Notes: a model not told the origin generated them from the letters alone. A stretch of DNA of 64,000 nt from Patescibacteria group bacterium (GCA_041665545.1 JBAYIQ010000001.1:137911-201910), one strand, 5' to 3'. Shown: positions 17,727-26,377, numbered from the stretch's first letter. Program-made: numbers and translations.

Positions 17727-19379
17727 TTAAAATAAAATCAATAAAGCCAACAAGCCAATAAAACCCATGGTCGAGGCAATGGTTTTTAAGTGTTGTTTCC
17801 TGATCTCAATAAAAATATTTAACAACAAAGCAATAACTGCTACCAAAATCATAATTTTATAATACCAAGCGGAAATATCAAAAATTGGCCTTAAGCTATT
17901 CGAATCGGTGTTCTTGATAAATAAATATTGATTAAGCGCGCTTTGATTATCCAATAATATTTTTTGCCAAGCCAAGTCTTGAGTTGTTATGTTTCCTGCT
18001 AAATCTGAGACTACTATTGTCGCTGGAACAACTGGACTAAAAAATTGATCATCCACGTTTTGCACAACCCTATGACCTGTCCATAAGTTATTATTTTGAT
18101 CATCATTCTTTAGAGCAATATCAAAGCCATGGTATCTGACAAGGGCTGATTTTGTATCAGCACTCAACACTGCTTCTATTTTTACAATGGCCTGATTGTT
18201 TGTGGACTTGATGGCTGATATAAAGCTTTTCTCTTCATCTATAGTCGGCGCTTGATCGTCATACTCCACTAAATATCCCTGTGAAACACTTAATTGCTGA
18301 CCAAGAACAGCTTGAACTGTAATTTTATTCATACCCGGATCCAAAATCATCTGAACCGTAGCCTGTCCTTCAACCACTTTGCTTGTAGATTGCTTGTTAT
18401 CATTCACAAATAAAACTACTTGCTCTGCCTCTGGCGCCAAAATATTTATATCAATATTACCTTCTTTGGTAAGCAAATTATCAATAGCAGTGGTTATTTG
18501 GGGCTTGGCTAATGGCTCAATGTCCTTTGGGATCACAACGCTGACACTCTTTTCTGATAACACCGTTGGTTCTGTGGTAGTCGAAACCAATGTTTTCAAT
18601 GGTTCAACTGGTTTTACTTCTTGCATTGGTGATGTTTTTTGAAAACCAAACATCTGAGCTACTAGTTTGGTATCGAATTCCTGATACTGGCCAGCTATCA
18701 TGGCTACACCAATTTCATTGTAGTCGGGGTCTACTAAATTAGCATAATGTGTGGGGCTATTTTTCCAAGCTTCAATTACTTCAGCTGGCGCCGAGTAGCC
18801 AATAGCTAAATTCTCGCCAGCTACTTGATAATTATAGCCCTTTGAAGTAAGCCAATACCGTAAACCTTTTTTTTCAGGACTGACATGGGCAAAATATTGA
18901 TTGACCACCATATCCTCGGCTTTAGCAAAAGCGGCTGCTTGTAAAATTTCGCTCTCTCTAAGCGGTTGCAAGTCCAAAGATTGTCTTAAAGTGTTGGTCA
19001 AAGTCACAATTTCTTTACTCTCTGCTTTCAAAAAATCCGGCGTCAACCAAGCAGTCACCGGAAAAACAAAAACAAAACCAACTACCAAAATTTTTATTAA
19101 AACGGCGCTCAGAGAATAAAAAAATATGCGCCGAGTTTTTAAAATATGCGGTTTGAAATTATTATTTTTATTAGGGATAAAAAAATCTTTCATAAATAAA
19201 TAATTTATTGAATCCATATCTAATTTTGCTCTTTGGAAGTCGTTAAGTCCATCATGACTAGAGTCGGTACTCAAAGGATCAGAGTGGTAAACAAAAATTT
19301 CATCATAATCTGATAGGCCATCGCCATCACTATCGCGCCTCTTTAGGTCCTCGAAATCACCAATTTTTTTTCTAGGCAT
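17727..19379 (-). CDS. membrane protein with thrombospondin-type-3-like Ca-binding repeats and CAP/SCP/PR1-like domain
   Basis: DSDGDGLSDYDE repeats; TM; YFAHVSP..GENLAIGY..AWKNSPTHYANL CAP-domain signature; C-terminal TM. Confidence 0.6.
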   Translation of the reverse strand: MPRKKIGDFEDLKRRDSDGDGLSDYDEIFVYHSDPLSTDSSHDGLNDFQRAKLDMDSINYLFMKDFFIPNKNNNFKPHILKTRRIFFYSLSAVLIKILVVGFVFVFPVTAWLTPDFLKAESKEIVTLTNTLRQSLDLQPLRESEILQAAAFAKAEDMVVNQYFAHVSPEKKGLRYWLTSKGYNYQVAGENLAIGYSAPAEVIEAWKNSPTHYANLVDPDYNEIGVAMIAGQYQEFDTKLVAQMFGFQKTSPMQEVKPVEPLKTLVSTTTEPTVLSEKSVSVVIPKDIEPLAKPQITTAIDNLLTKEGNIDINILAPEAEQVVLFVNDNKQSTSKVVEGQATVQMILDPGMNKITVQAVLGQQLSVSQGYLVEYDDQAPTIDEEKSFISAIKSTNNQAIVKIEAVLSADTKSALVRYHGFDIALKNDDQNNNLWTGHRVVQNVDDQFFSPVVPATIVVSDLAGNITTQDLAWQKILLDNQSALNQYLFIKNTDSNSLRPIFDISAWYYKIMILVAVIALLLNIFIEIRKQHLKTIASTMGFIGLLALLILF

Positions 19380-19530
19380 ACTTATTTAATAAACATGATA
19401 GTTTAACACTTTTTAACAGATTAGTCAATATATTTTTATTATAGCATATTTAACTATTTAATTAAACAAAAAACCAGTTAAAAAACTGGAGAAAAATAAC
19501 CGACTAGAAATGCAAAAAATAACTTATTAT

Positions 19531-19663
19531 CTCGTGCCCTTCGACGCTGAATGTCCCTCGACTTCGCTCGGGACACTCGATTCTTCAGAGTCGAATGGTC
19601 GGAGGTGCTGATAAGCACCGTAGACCACGAGTGAGACTTTTGCGAAGCAAAAGGCGAATCGAG
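19531..19663 (-). repeat. tRNA-3'-adjacent structured element, copy 1 (immediately follows CCA of tRNA-Thr; followed by terminator)
   Basis: RNA sense CTCGATTCGCCTTTTGCTTCGCAAAAGTCTCACTCGTGGTCTACGGTGCTTATCAGCACC...GAATCGAGTGTCCC..GGGACA..CACGAG; three hairpins plus two crossing long-range helices. Confidence 0.7.
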
Positions 19664-19739
19664 TGGAGCCGTCTCGCGGGCTTGAACCGCGGACCTACGC
19701 CTTACCATGGCGTTGCTCTACCAACTGAGCTAAGACGGC
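19664..19739 (-). tRNA. tRNA-Thr (anticodon GGT)
   Basis: cloverleaf GCCGTCT/AGACGGC acceptor, anticodon loop ATGGTAA, T-loop GGTTCAAGCC, CCA encoded. Confidence 0.85.
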
Positions 19740-19754
19740 ATATAAATTAAATAT

Positions 19755-19879
19755 CTCGTGCCCTTCGGCTCACTCCGTTCGCTCAGGGCATTCGACTCCT
19801 TCGAGTGGTCGAAGTCCGAGGCAAAGCCGAGGGCGCAGACCATGAGCGAAGTTCCGAGCCTGCGAGGAACGGAGTCGAA
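19755..19879 (-). repeat. tRNA-3'-adjacent structured element, divergent copy 2 (between tRNA-Tyr and tRNA-Thr)
   Basis: starts CCATTCGACTCC right after ACCA and pairs with downstream GGAGTCGAATGG; shares CCATTCGACTC, GAGCGAA and terminal CGAAGGGCACGAG with copy 1. Confidence 0.55.
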
Positions 19880-19965
19880 TGGTGGGTGGAGAAGGATTCG
19901 AACCTTCGAAGGCGTATGCCAACAGATTTACAGTCTGTCCCAGTTGACCGCTTTGGTATCCACCC
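19880..19965 (-). tRNA. tRNA-Tyr (anticodon GTA), type II with long variable arm
   Basis: GGGTGGA acceptor, anticodon loop CTGTAAA, variable arm, T-loop GGTTCGAATCC, CCA encoded. Confidence 0.85.
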
Positions 19966-19979
19966 AAAATAATAAATAT

Positions 19980-20222
19980 TTATTTTTTAAGCAACTTTTG
20001 AAAAGCTTCCCCGCCTTTGTACTTTTTAATCTGTAACTCCCTACGATAAGTATCATTACGATTATTAAAATTTTCAATATGCTTTATTACCCAGGAGATG
20101 CCATTTTTCGTAGATCTGACTTTACCAGCGTTATGCAACATTAATCTATTTTCTATATTTTTTGTATGACCAATATAATATCTATCTAACTTACTACTAT
20201 ATAAAATATAAACTACAAACAT
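19980..20222 (-). CDS. small GIY-YIG nuclease superfamily protein (YhbQ/UPF0213-like)
   Basis: FVVYILYSSKLDRYYIGHTKNIENRLMLHN = GIY-(10-11)-YIG spacing with downstream R and N; 80 aa; ends 14 nt upstream of tRNA-Tyr. Confidence 0.65.
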   Translation of the reverse strand: MFVVYILYSSKLDRYYIGHTKNIENRLMLHNAGKVRSTKNGISWVIKHIENFNNRNDTYRRELQIKKYKGGEAFQKLLKK

Positions 20223-20238
20223 CGCTTTCTTGAAGATT

Positions 20239-20321
20239 TATGCCGCCTCGGGCGGCACCCCGCCCGCCGGCGGTGGCAGTCTGTCCCGGTTGACCACTTC
20301 GGTACCGACCCTCCACACTAA
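20239..20321 (-). pseudogene. fossil 5' half of a tRNA-Tyr (acceptor, D-arm, anticodon stem through CTG of anticodon loop) interrupted by a 35-nt GC-rich double hairpin
   Basis: GGGTCGGTACCGAAGTGGTCAACCGGGACAGACTG + CCACCGCCGGCGGGCGGGGTGCCGCCCGAGGCGGCA + TAAATCT, then diverges into RBS/ATG of GIY-YIG gene. Confidence 0.6.
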
Positions 20322-20373
20322 TACTTACCCAAGATAATAAATATTTATTATCTATAAAAAATTACAAAACTCA

Positions 20374-21261
20374 CTAAGACAAATTATCTATTTTTTCGTT
20401 GAACTCGATTATTTTATTATTTTCCGGATTAACGGCCTTTAATTGCTCCAAATAATCATTAGCCAGCGCTTTGTCCTGGATAATTATACAAAGATTTATC
20501 AAAAAGTCAAGAATTTTAGGATTGTTTGGAGCCAAAATATAGGCACGTTGGGCTGTTTGCAGGGCTTTTTCTTTATCATCAAGCTCCATGTAAACCTCAG
20601 CTAATGACAAAAAATATAAATAATTATCATCAGAAAGTGAAATCGAACGCAAATAATCATCTTCCGCTTGTTTTAAATTGCCACGCTCTTTGGCAATATC
20701 AGCTAAAGAAAAATAGACGCTGGAGTCAGCTTCGTGTGTCAGTCGCAATAAATATTCCAAAGTTTCTTTGGCTTCATCAAATTGCTTGCGAGCTCGGTAA
20801 AGATCAACTAATAACTTATAAGCCTCGACATTATGAGTATCAAGAGACAAGCCATCAATTAATTTGTCTTCCGCTTTTTGATATTCTTCATTATTGATCA
20901 GCTGTCTGGCTTCTACTAAAAAGCTATCCAAGGTCTGCGATTTGCCAACGGCTTCGCTTAATTGCTTTTCGCCTTTTCTTTTTAACTCGTGTTCAAATGA
21001 TCTTAATCTTTGATAATAATTTTTAAAATTCAAATTTATTTGATCCTGAATCGGCTCCAATATTTTTTTTATTCTAGCAGACAAACTTTGAGCGCCACGA
21101 TACAAACGTCCTTGTAAAATTATCTGTTTTTGTCGCTCGGCTTTTATTTCCGGTAAATTATTAATATTAATACTGGCCAAATTTGGCGACTTGCGCAATA
21201 ACATCTGGACTATAAAAAAACCAGAAGCTAGTATTAATATTATAAGTAAAATGTCTGTCAT
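20374..21261 (-). CDS. membrane-anchored tetratricopeptide (TPR) repeat protein
   Basis: N-terminal TM; repeated A/Y/L TPR-like 34-aa units. Confidence 0.6.
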   Translation of the reverse strand: MTDILLIILILASGFFIVQMLLRKSPNLASININNLPEIKAERQKQIILQGRLYRGAQSLSARIKKILEPIQDQINLNFKNYYQRLRSFEHELKRKGEKQLSEAVGKSQTLDSFLVEARQLINNEEYQKAEDKLIDGLSLDTHNVEAYKLLVDLYRARKQFDEAKETLEYLLRLTHEADSSVYFSLADIAKERGNLKQAEDDYLRSISLSDDNYLYFLSLAEVYMELDDKEKALQTAQRAYILAPNNPKILDFLINLCIIIQDKALANDYLEQLKAVNPENNKIIEFNEKIDNLS

Positions 21262-21263
21262 AA

Positions 21264-22133
21264 TTAGGCCTTATTGGCGCTACCCAAAATTTTAATTATT
21301 CTTTCTACCTCGGCTTGCACGCTGACAATGCTGGGTGTCAAAATTGCCCGAGGATCAATAATATTTCTTTCCTGGTTCATGCTTTTCCACAAAGATTTTT
21401 TAAAAACCAAGCGTAAATTAGTGTCAATATTTACCACGCTCACTCCATTGGCCACGGCCTCTTTCAAATCCTTTGGTGGCAGACCAGATGCTCCATGCAA
21501 AACTAAAGGTATTTTTACTAAAGAGTGTATCTTTTTTAATCTCACCTGGTCCACTTTTTCCAAACCCACAAAGCGACCATGAATCGTGCCAACTGATATA
21601 GCCAAAGTGTCAACTTTGGTTAATTTAACAAATTTCTTGGCCTGCTCAGGATCGGTCATTAATTCTTCCATATTGATCTCCCCTTTTTCTAAGCGCACCA
21701 AGCCCTCTTTGCCCAAAATAGAACCCAACTCTGCTTGTACAAAACAATGGCTTTTTTTGGCTAATTGTCGCACTTTTTTGCTCAAACGGACATTGGTGGC
21801 AAAATCCTTTTCCGAAGCATCAATATGTACAGAATTGTAGCCAACTTTAATACATTCTTTGATAATTGACAAGTCCTTGCCGTGATCCAAATGGATAGCC
21901 ACTGGAATCTGCCTGGCCACAGTTTCGGCTACATTCTTGATTAAATTATAAACCACCACTGTGTTGGAATACTTAATAGCTGATTCTGATGTCTGAATAA
22001 TGACCGGCGCTCTCAGCTTAGCTGCCGCTTTAGCAATCGCTAAGGTAATTTCCAAATTGGAAGTATTAAACGCTCCGATGGCATAGCCACCTTTTTGCGC
22101 TTTGGCTAACATTTCGCCTAATGGTTTGATCAT
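21264..22133 (-). CDS. fba: class II fructose-bisphosphate aldolase
   Basis: AIGAFN, IHLDHG, class II FBA (TIM barrel, Zn ligand His) motifs. Confidence 0.85.
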   Translation of the reverse strand: MIKPLGEMLAKAQKGGYAIGAFNTSNLEITLAIAKAAAKLRAPVIIQTSESAIKYSNTVVVYNLIKNVAETVARQIPVAIHLDHGKDLSIIKECIKVGYNSVHIDASEKDFATNVRLSKKVRQLAKKSHCFVQAELGSILGKEGLVRLEKGEINMEELMTDPEQAKKFVKLTKVDTLAISVGTIHGRFVGLEKVDQVRLKKIHSLVKIPLVLHGASGLPPKDLKEAVANGVSVVNIDTNLRLVFKKSLWKSMNQERNIIDPRAILTPSIVSVQAEVERIIKILGSANKA

Positions 22134-22137
22134 TTTT

Positions 22138-22899
22138 TTATTTTATTTTTTTTATTATAGAAAAAAATTCTTGCGCATCTAAGCTGGCATTGCCAACCAA
22201 AGCTCCACAAATATTCGGCAGATCAACAAAATCCTTTATATTGTGAGGGTTGACACTACCGCCATAAATTACGCCACAGTATTTTTCTTCATGGCCAGGC
22301 AAACTATCAAGCAAGCTTTGCTGGATCAATGAGGCCGCATAAAAAGCATCAGCCGAACCGATAGCTTGGCCAGTACCTATCACCCAAACCGGCTCATAGG
22401 CAACAATTATTTTTTGGCGATGATCTACTGTAATATTTTTCAGAGCTTCATAAACTTGATGCATGATAACCAAATCTTTTTGGCCTTCTTTGCGCTCTTC
22501 AAATGTTTCGCCCACACAAATAATCGGCAACAATTTATTCTTCAGAGCGGCTTTGACTTTTTTATTTACCATTTCATCAGTTTCCCCCAAACGACGCCTT
22601 TCGGAGTGACCCAGTATTACATACTTGCAACCAATTTCTTTGATCTGTTTCATGGAAACCTGACCAGTGAAAGCTCCAACTTTTTCATAAAAACCATCTT
22701 GCGCTCCCAAAGCAATCTTTGAGCCCTTGATCACCTCGGCCACCGAGCTCAAGGCAACAAAATCTGGACACAAAACCACGTTGAGATCTTGGTTTATTTT
22801 TTCTTTGCTAAGAAAATTTTTCAAAGCCAAGGCCTGTTTAACTGCTTGTTTTTCATCAAGCTGCATTTTCCAATTGGCAATCAAGTATTTTTGGATCAT
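22138..22899 (-). CDS. tpiA: triosephosphate isomerase
   Basis: ILGHSERR, AYEPVWVIGTG, GGSV motifs. Confidence 0.9.
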   Translation of the reverse strand: MIQKYLIANWKMQLDEKQAVKQALALKNFLSKEKINQDLNVVLCPDFVALSSVAEVIKGSKIALGAQDGFYEKVGAFTGQVSMKQIKEIGCKYVILGHSERRRLGETDEMVNKKVKAALKNKLLPIICVGETFEERKEGQKDLVIMHQVYEALKNITVDHRQKIIVAYEPVWVIGTGQAIGSADAFYAASLIQQSLLDSLPGHEEKYCGVIYGGSVNPHNIKDFVDLPNICGALVGNASLDAQEFFSIIKKIK

Positions 22900-22962
22900 A
22901 TTTTTGGGGTCACGCTTATAATATATATAATAACATTTTTTCCCAGATAATAAAATTTTTCG

Positions 22963-23886
22963 CTAAAGCCACTGGTAATTTTTAAAAACCCAGCCACTCA
23001 ATATTTTGGCGTCTTGAAAACGATTTTCATGCGCCGATGAGCCCAAAACTACTGTCAAAATTTCATTACTATTATCATTGGCTACCTCTACTACCAGACA
23101 ATAGCCGGCGGCTTCGATGTAGCCAGTTTTTCCAGCTTTGACATTGAGATAGCTCTTGAGCAAATTATTGGTACTCAATACTTTTTGATTGCGCCCTTCC
23201 TGAGTAAGCAAGCTGTATGATTTTTGCACCACGGCTTTTTGGATTTCCTGCTTAGCAAAAGCCACCTTGGCCATTTTTAACACATCAAGTGCTGTGGCTT
23301 GATTCCTAGCATCCAAGCCAGTCGGTTCTACAAAATTGCTCTGATTCATTTTTAGCTCTAGGGCTTTGGTGTTCATGGCTTTGACAAAATCCTCGGCGCT
23401 TAAACCGGTACTTCTAGCCAAAGCGCGAGCGGCATTATTATCCGAAGCTACCAAAGCAATGTTAAACAAATCACGAACTGTCACATTTTCTCCCCGCAAA
23501 ATATTTGGTTTCAGTTCTGATGTTTCATCAGCTTGCTCCATGGTCACAATTTTGTCCCAACCAGGATTGTGATCTAGAAAAACTAATACCGTCATTAATT
23601 TGGTAATGCTAGCCAATGACCTGACTTGATCGGCATTTTTTTGCCACAAAACTAAGCCAGTATTTTTATCCATGACCGCGGCTGACTGGGCGCTAATTTT
23701 TACTCCCCAAGAATTGTTATCTATTTTACGGGGGATCAATTTCCCCTCTTCTAAACGCTGATCACCTAAAGTTACTTTGGTTTGCGTGTCATTTTCTTGC
23801 AACTGAATTTGTGGCAAATGATAAAAGCCCTGAACTGTCAAATTCCAGGAAAGTAAAACTGCTGCTAATGTCGCCCAAACATTCAT
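22963..23886 (-). CDS. D-alanyl-D-alanine carboxypeptidase (peptidase S11, PBP5-like)
   Basis: signal peptide; SITK (SxxK), SDN (SxN), KTG motifs in order. Confidence 0.8.
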   Translation of the reverse strand: MNVWATLAAVLLSWNLTVQGFYHLPQIQLQENDTQTKVTLGDQRLEEGKLIPRKIDNNSWGVKISAQSAAVMDKNTGLVLWQKNADQVRSLASITKLMTVLVFLDHNPGWDKIVTMEQADETSELKPNILRGENVTVRDLFNIALVASDNNAARALARSTGLSAEDFVKAMNTKALELKMNQSNFVEPTGLDARNQATALDVLKMAKVAFAKQEIQKAVVQKSYSLLTQEGRNQKVLSTNNLLKSYLNVKAGKTGYIEAAGYCLVVEVANDNSNEILTVVLGSSAHENRFQDAKILSGWVFKNYQWL

Positions 23887-24017
23887 CTGGTTAGAAATTT
23901 AGATAATTAAATCTTTGGCTACCAAAGTAAAATTTTAACAAATAACCTATACTATATATCATAAATATTATTTTTGTGAATTTCTAACCGGATTCATCCG
24001 CTTAGAAATTTAGATAA

Positions 24018-24713
24018 TTAAATAATATCATCCCTATTTATTTTTTTATATTGACCAAGTGGCAAATCGCCTAAAGTTAATTTTCCTTCTTGCACTCGCA
24101 CCAAATTAATTACTCGATAACCAATAGCACTCAACATGCGTCTGATTTGTCTTTTCCAACCTTGATGCAAGGTAATTTCAATATTATTATCACTGATTAT
24201 TTTTATTTGATCGACTCTGGCCAATCCTTCTTCCAACTCAATTCCTGACTCCAGCAACTTGGCATCTTGGGTTACAAATTTTCTATTGACTGTTACTTGA
24301 TATTTTTTTGACTTAGCGTAACGAGGGTGTGTCATCAGATTGGTCAATTCGCCATCATTGGTCAAGATAAGCAAACCACTCGAATCCTTATCCAGTCGTC
24401 CGACTGGCCATATTTTTTCTCCAGCTGGCAACAAATCCGTCACTTTATCTTTATTATGAGCATCCTCCAAAGAGCAGACATAGCCAACTGGCTTATGTAA
24501 AACATAATAAACCTTATTTTCAGTCTGCAATTTATGGCCATCAAATTTAATCTCATCAATGTCGGGATCAATATTGGTAGCCACATTTTTTTCTACTTGG
24601 CCATTGACCGAAACTCGCCCCGCCAATATCAAAAGCTCAGCTTTGCGCCGAGCAGCAATACCAGCTTGCGCCAAATATTTGGCTAATCTTTGTTTAGCTG
24701 GGGTTTTCGTCAT
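24018..24713 (-). CDS. rluB: pseudouridine synthase, RsuA/RluB family
   Basis: S4 domain N-terminus; GRLDKDSSGLLILTNDG catalytic Asp motif. Confidence 0.8.
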   Translation of the reverse strand: MTKTPAKQRLAKYLAQAGIAARRKAELLILAGRVSVNGQVEKNVATNIDPDIDEIKFDGHKLQTENKVYYVLHKPVGYVCSLEDAHNKDKVTDLLPAGEKIWPVGRLDKDSSGLLILTNDGELTNLMTHPRYAKSKKYQVTVNRKFVTQDAKLLESGIELEEGLARVDQIKIISDNNIEITLHQGWKRQIRRMLSAIGYRVINLVRVQEGKLTLGDLPLGQYKKINRDDII

Positions 24714-25257
24714 TATTGGTATTTTGAATTAACTTTTGCAAGTTCTCATCAGAATTGAGCTTGGCAAAATCCGGTAGCTCTTCCACACTATTAATGCCTA
24801 AATGACGTAAAAAATCCATAGTCACATTGTAGACCGGAGCCAAATTTTCTTTGTTTTCCTCTACTTCAATCAAACCGCGAATCAATAAATTCCTAATAAT
24901 CAAACTGCAATTTACTCCTCTGATCTGTTCCAATTCCTCTTTGCTGATTGGTTGTCGATAAGCAATGATGGTTAGGGTTTCCAAGGCCGGCCTAGTCAAT
25001 TCACTGCTTAATTCTTCTTGAAAATAACTATACAAATAATCAGCATTTTTCGGATTGCTTATGAATTGAATTTTTTTGTTATTGACGGCTAGATGCAGAC
25101 CACTGTCTTCACGGTTGTATTTTTCTTCCAAAGTAACAATGGCTTGTTTAATATCTTCTACTTCCACTTCCAAAAATTTTGCTAGCTCGTCAATGGCTAG
25201 TGGCTTGCCACTGGCTAGAATTAAACTTTCGATAATTGATGAAATATTATTTTTCAT
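24694..25257 (-). CDS. scpB: segregation and condensation protein B
   Basis: about 187 aa, tandem winged-helix ScpB pattern, adjacent to scpA. Confidence 0.75.
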   Translation of the reverse strand: MKNNISSIIESLILASGKPLAIDELAKFLEVEVEDIKQAIVTLEEKYNREDSGLHLAVNNKKIQFISNPKNADYLYSYFQEELSSELTRPALETLTIIAYRQPISKEELEQIRGVNCSLIIRNLLIRGLIEVEENKENLAPVYNVTMDFLRHLGINSVEELPDFAKLNSDENLQKLIQNTNNDENPS

Positions 25258-25259
25258 AG

Positions 25260-25970
25260 TTATTTTTCTGATTTTACGACAATATTTATTTCGCCAAACA
25301 TATTATCTTGTTCAGCCATTATTTCTCTTTGCTTGATCAGCTCCAGCATAGCCAAAAAACTGACAATCGTTTCCATTTTATTATTACTATCCGTCACCAA
25401 ATGAGAAAACTTCACTTCTAGCTTATCCTTGATAAACTCTTTGAGATGTAAAATTTTCTCCCCAATAGAAATAGCTTTTTGCATTACTACTTTCGGAATG
25501 TTCACAAAACGCTCAATTCTTCCCAAAACATCCACAAAAATACTATTTAAAATATTTATATTTGTACTAAGCGGTGCAACAAATTCTTGCTTGACGGGTA
25601 ATTTCATGGCTTGCTGACGAGACCAAGAATGACGATGTTTGTTGTTATAAAGTTTATTTATGGCTTTACTAGCTTCAAAATACTGCCGATAAATCTTTAA
25701 CTGCTTTTCCAAAGAAGCGGTATCGTCATCTGTCTCCAAGGCCAAATCAGGCAATAGATATTTTGACTTAATATAAATAAGTCGAGAGGCAATCAACAAA
25801 AAATCAGCCACTTCTTCTGAAACTAGATTATCAGCTCCCTCTATAAGGGTCAGATATTGATCAGTAATTTTGGCTAAAGATATTTCCGTAATTTGCAACT
25901 TATTTTTTTCGATCAGTTGCAAAAGTAAGTCCAGTGGACCTTCAAATTGTTCCAAGGTAATTTTGTGCAT
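25260..25970 (-). CDS. scpA: segregation and condensation protein A (start revised to MHKITLEQFEGPLDLL)
   Basis: ScpA N-terminal motif LEQFEGPLDLLL; ORF-track N-terminal 80 aa derive from GC-rich noncoding element; AAGGA RBS before internal ATG. Confidence 0.75.
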   Translation of the reverse strand: MHKITLEQFEGPLDLLLQLIEKNKLQITEISLAKITDQYLTLIEGADNLVSEEVADFLLIASRLIYIKSKYLLPDLALETDDDTASLEKQLKIYRQYFEASKAINKLYNNKHRHSWSRQQAMKLPVKQEFVAPLSTNINILNSIFVDVLGRIERFVNIPKVVMQKAISIGEKILHLKEFIKDKLEVKFSHLVTDSNNKMETIVSFLAMLELIKQREIMAEQDNMFGEINIVVKSEK

Positions 25971-25989
25971 TTTTTCCTTAAATTCTGCC

Positions 25990-26340
25990 AATATTATATC
26001 ATTTATCAAGTTTTTTTCCAAATGAAAAGAGGGCCCTGTGCAACGTGGTGCGCGGCAACAGGACCCCCCGCGAGGCCGTTGACATGGAGTCTTCGGCCGC
26101 AAATTTTGTTTCGGGGAGCCTCCGCAAGCGACTGACAGAGGCTCCCCAGTAACAAGTGTCGGTGACACCTTGAACCAGTTGTGACGCGCAGGGTGTGTGC
26201 CCCGCGTCAAGCAGCATGGCTAAAGCGCCGCACTTGTAACTACCCCTCGGCAATCTTAGAACCCGCATACCATGCAACTGCGGGCGAGCGTTGGTTGCCG
26301 ATGGGCCTATTGCTTATATCACATTTATAGTTTTATGTCA
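25990..26340. ncRNA. GC-rich highly structured intergenic element (candidate ncRNA of unknown class)
   Basis: about 350 nt at roughly 60% GC in AT-rich genome; 10-bp stem GGGGAGCCTC/GAGGCTCCCC, GACGCG/CGCGTC, GGTGTC/GACACC hairpins; no ORF in correct context. Confidence 0.3.
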
Positions 26341-26342
26341 AT

Positions 26343-26373
26343 ACCAAAAACGACCCGCCGGGTCGTTTTTTAA
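26343..26373 (-). terminator. rho-independent terminator after aspS
   Basis: aaaaacgacccgccgggtcgtttttt. Confidence 0.6.
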
Positions 26374-26377
26374 AATA

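Noticed and set aside
19531-19663. Hammerhead-like CUGAAGA motif inside the tRNA-trailer element
   Set aside because: The flanking helices are in the wrong order for a hammerhead core (no helix II followed by GAAA). Only the HDV-like or other pseudoknot topology remains plausible, and it is unproven.
19478-20036. ORF-track ORFs 19478..19708, 19758..20036, 19770..19967 and similar ORFs at 57898..58486, 58521..58754
   Set aside because: They overlap tRNA genes and the conserved tRNA-trailer elements on the opposite or same strand and have no RBS; treated as spurious.
19880-20321. Group I intron in tRNA-Tyr anticodon loop
   Set aside because: The interval between tRNA fragment and intact tRNA is about 300 nt and almost entirely occupied by the GIY-YIG ORF; too short for a group I intron core, and no P/Q/R/S-like elements seen.
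25971-26277. N-terminal 80 aa of ORF 25260..26210 and ORF 25999..26277
   Set aside because: Read-through of the GC-rich structured intergenic element; ScpA homology begins only at MHKITLEQFEGPLDLL with its own RBS.
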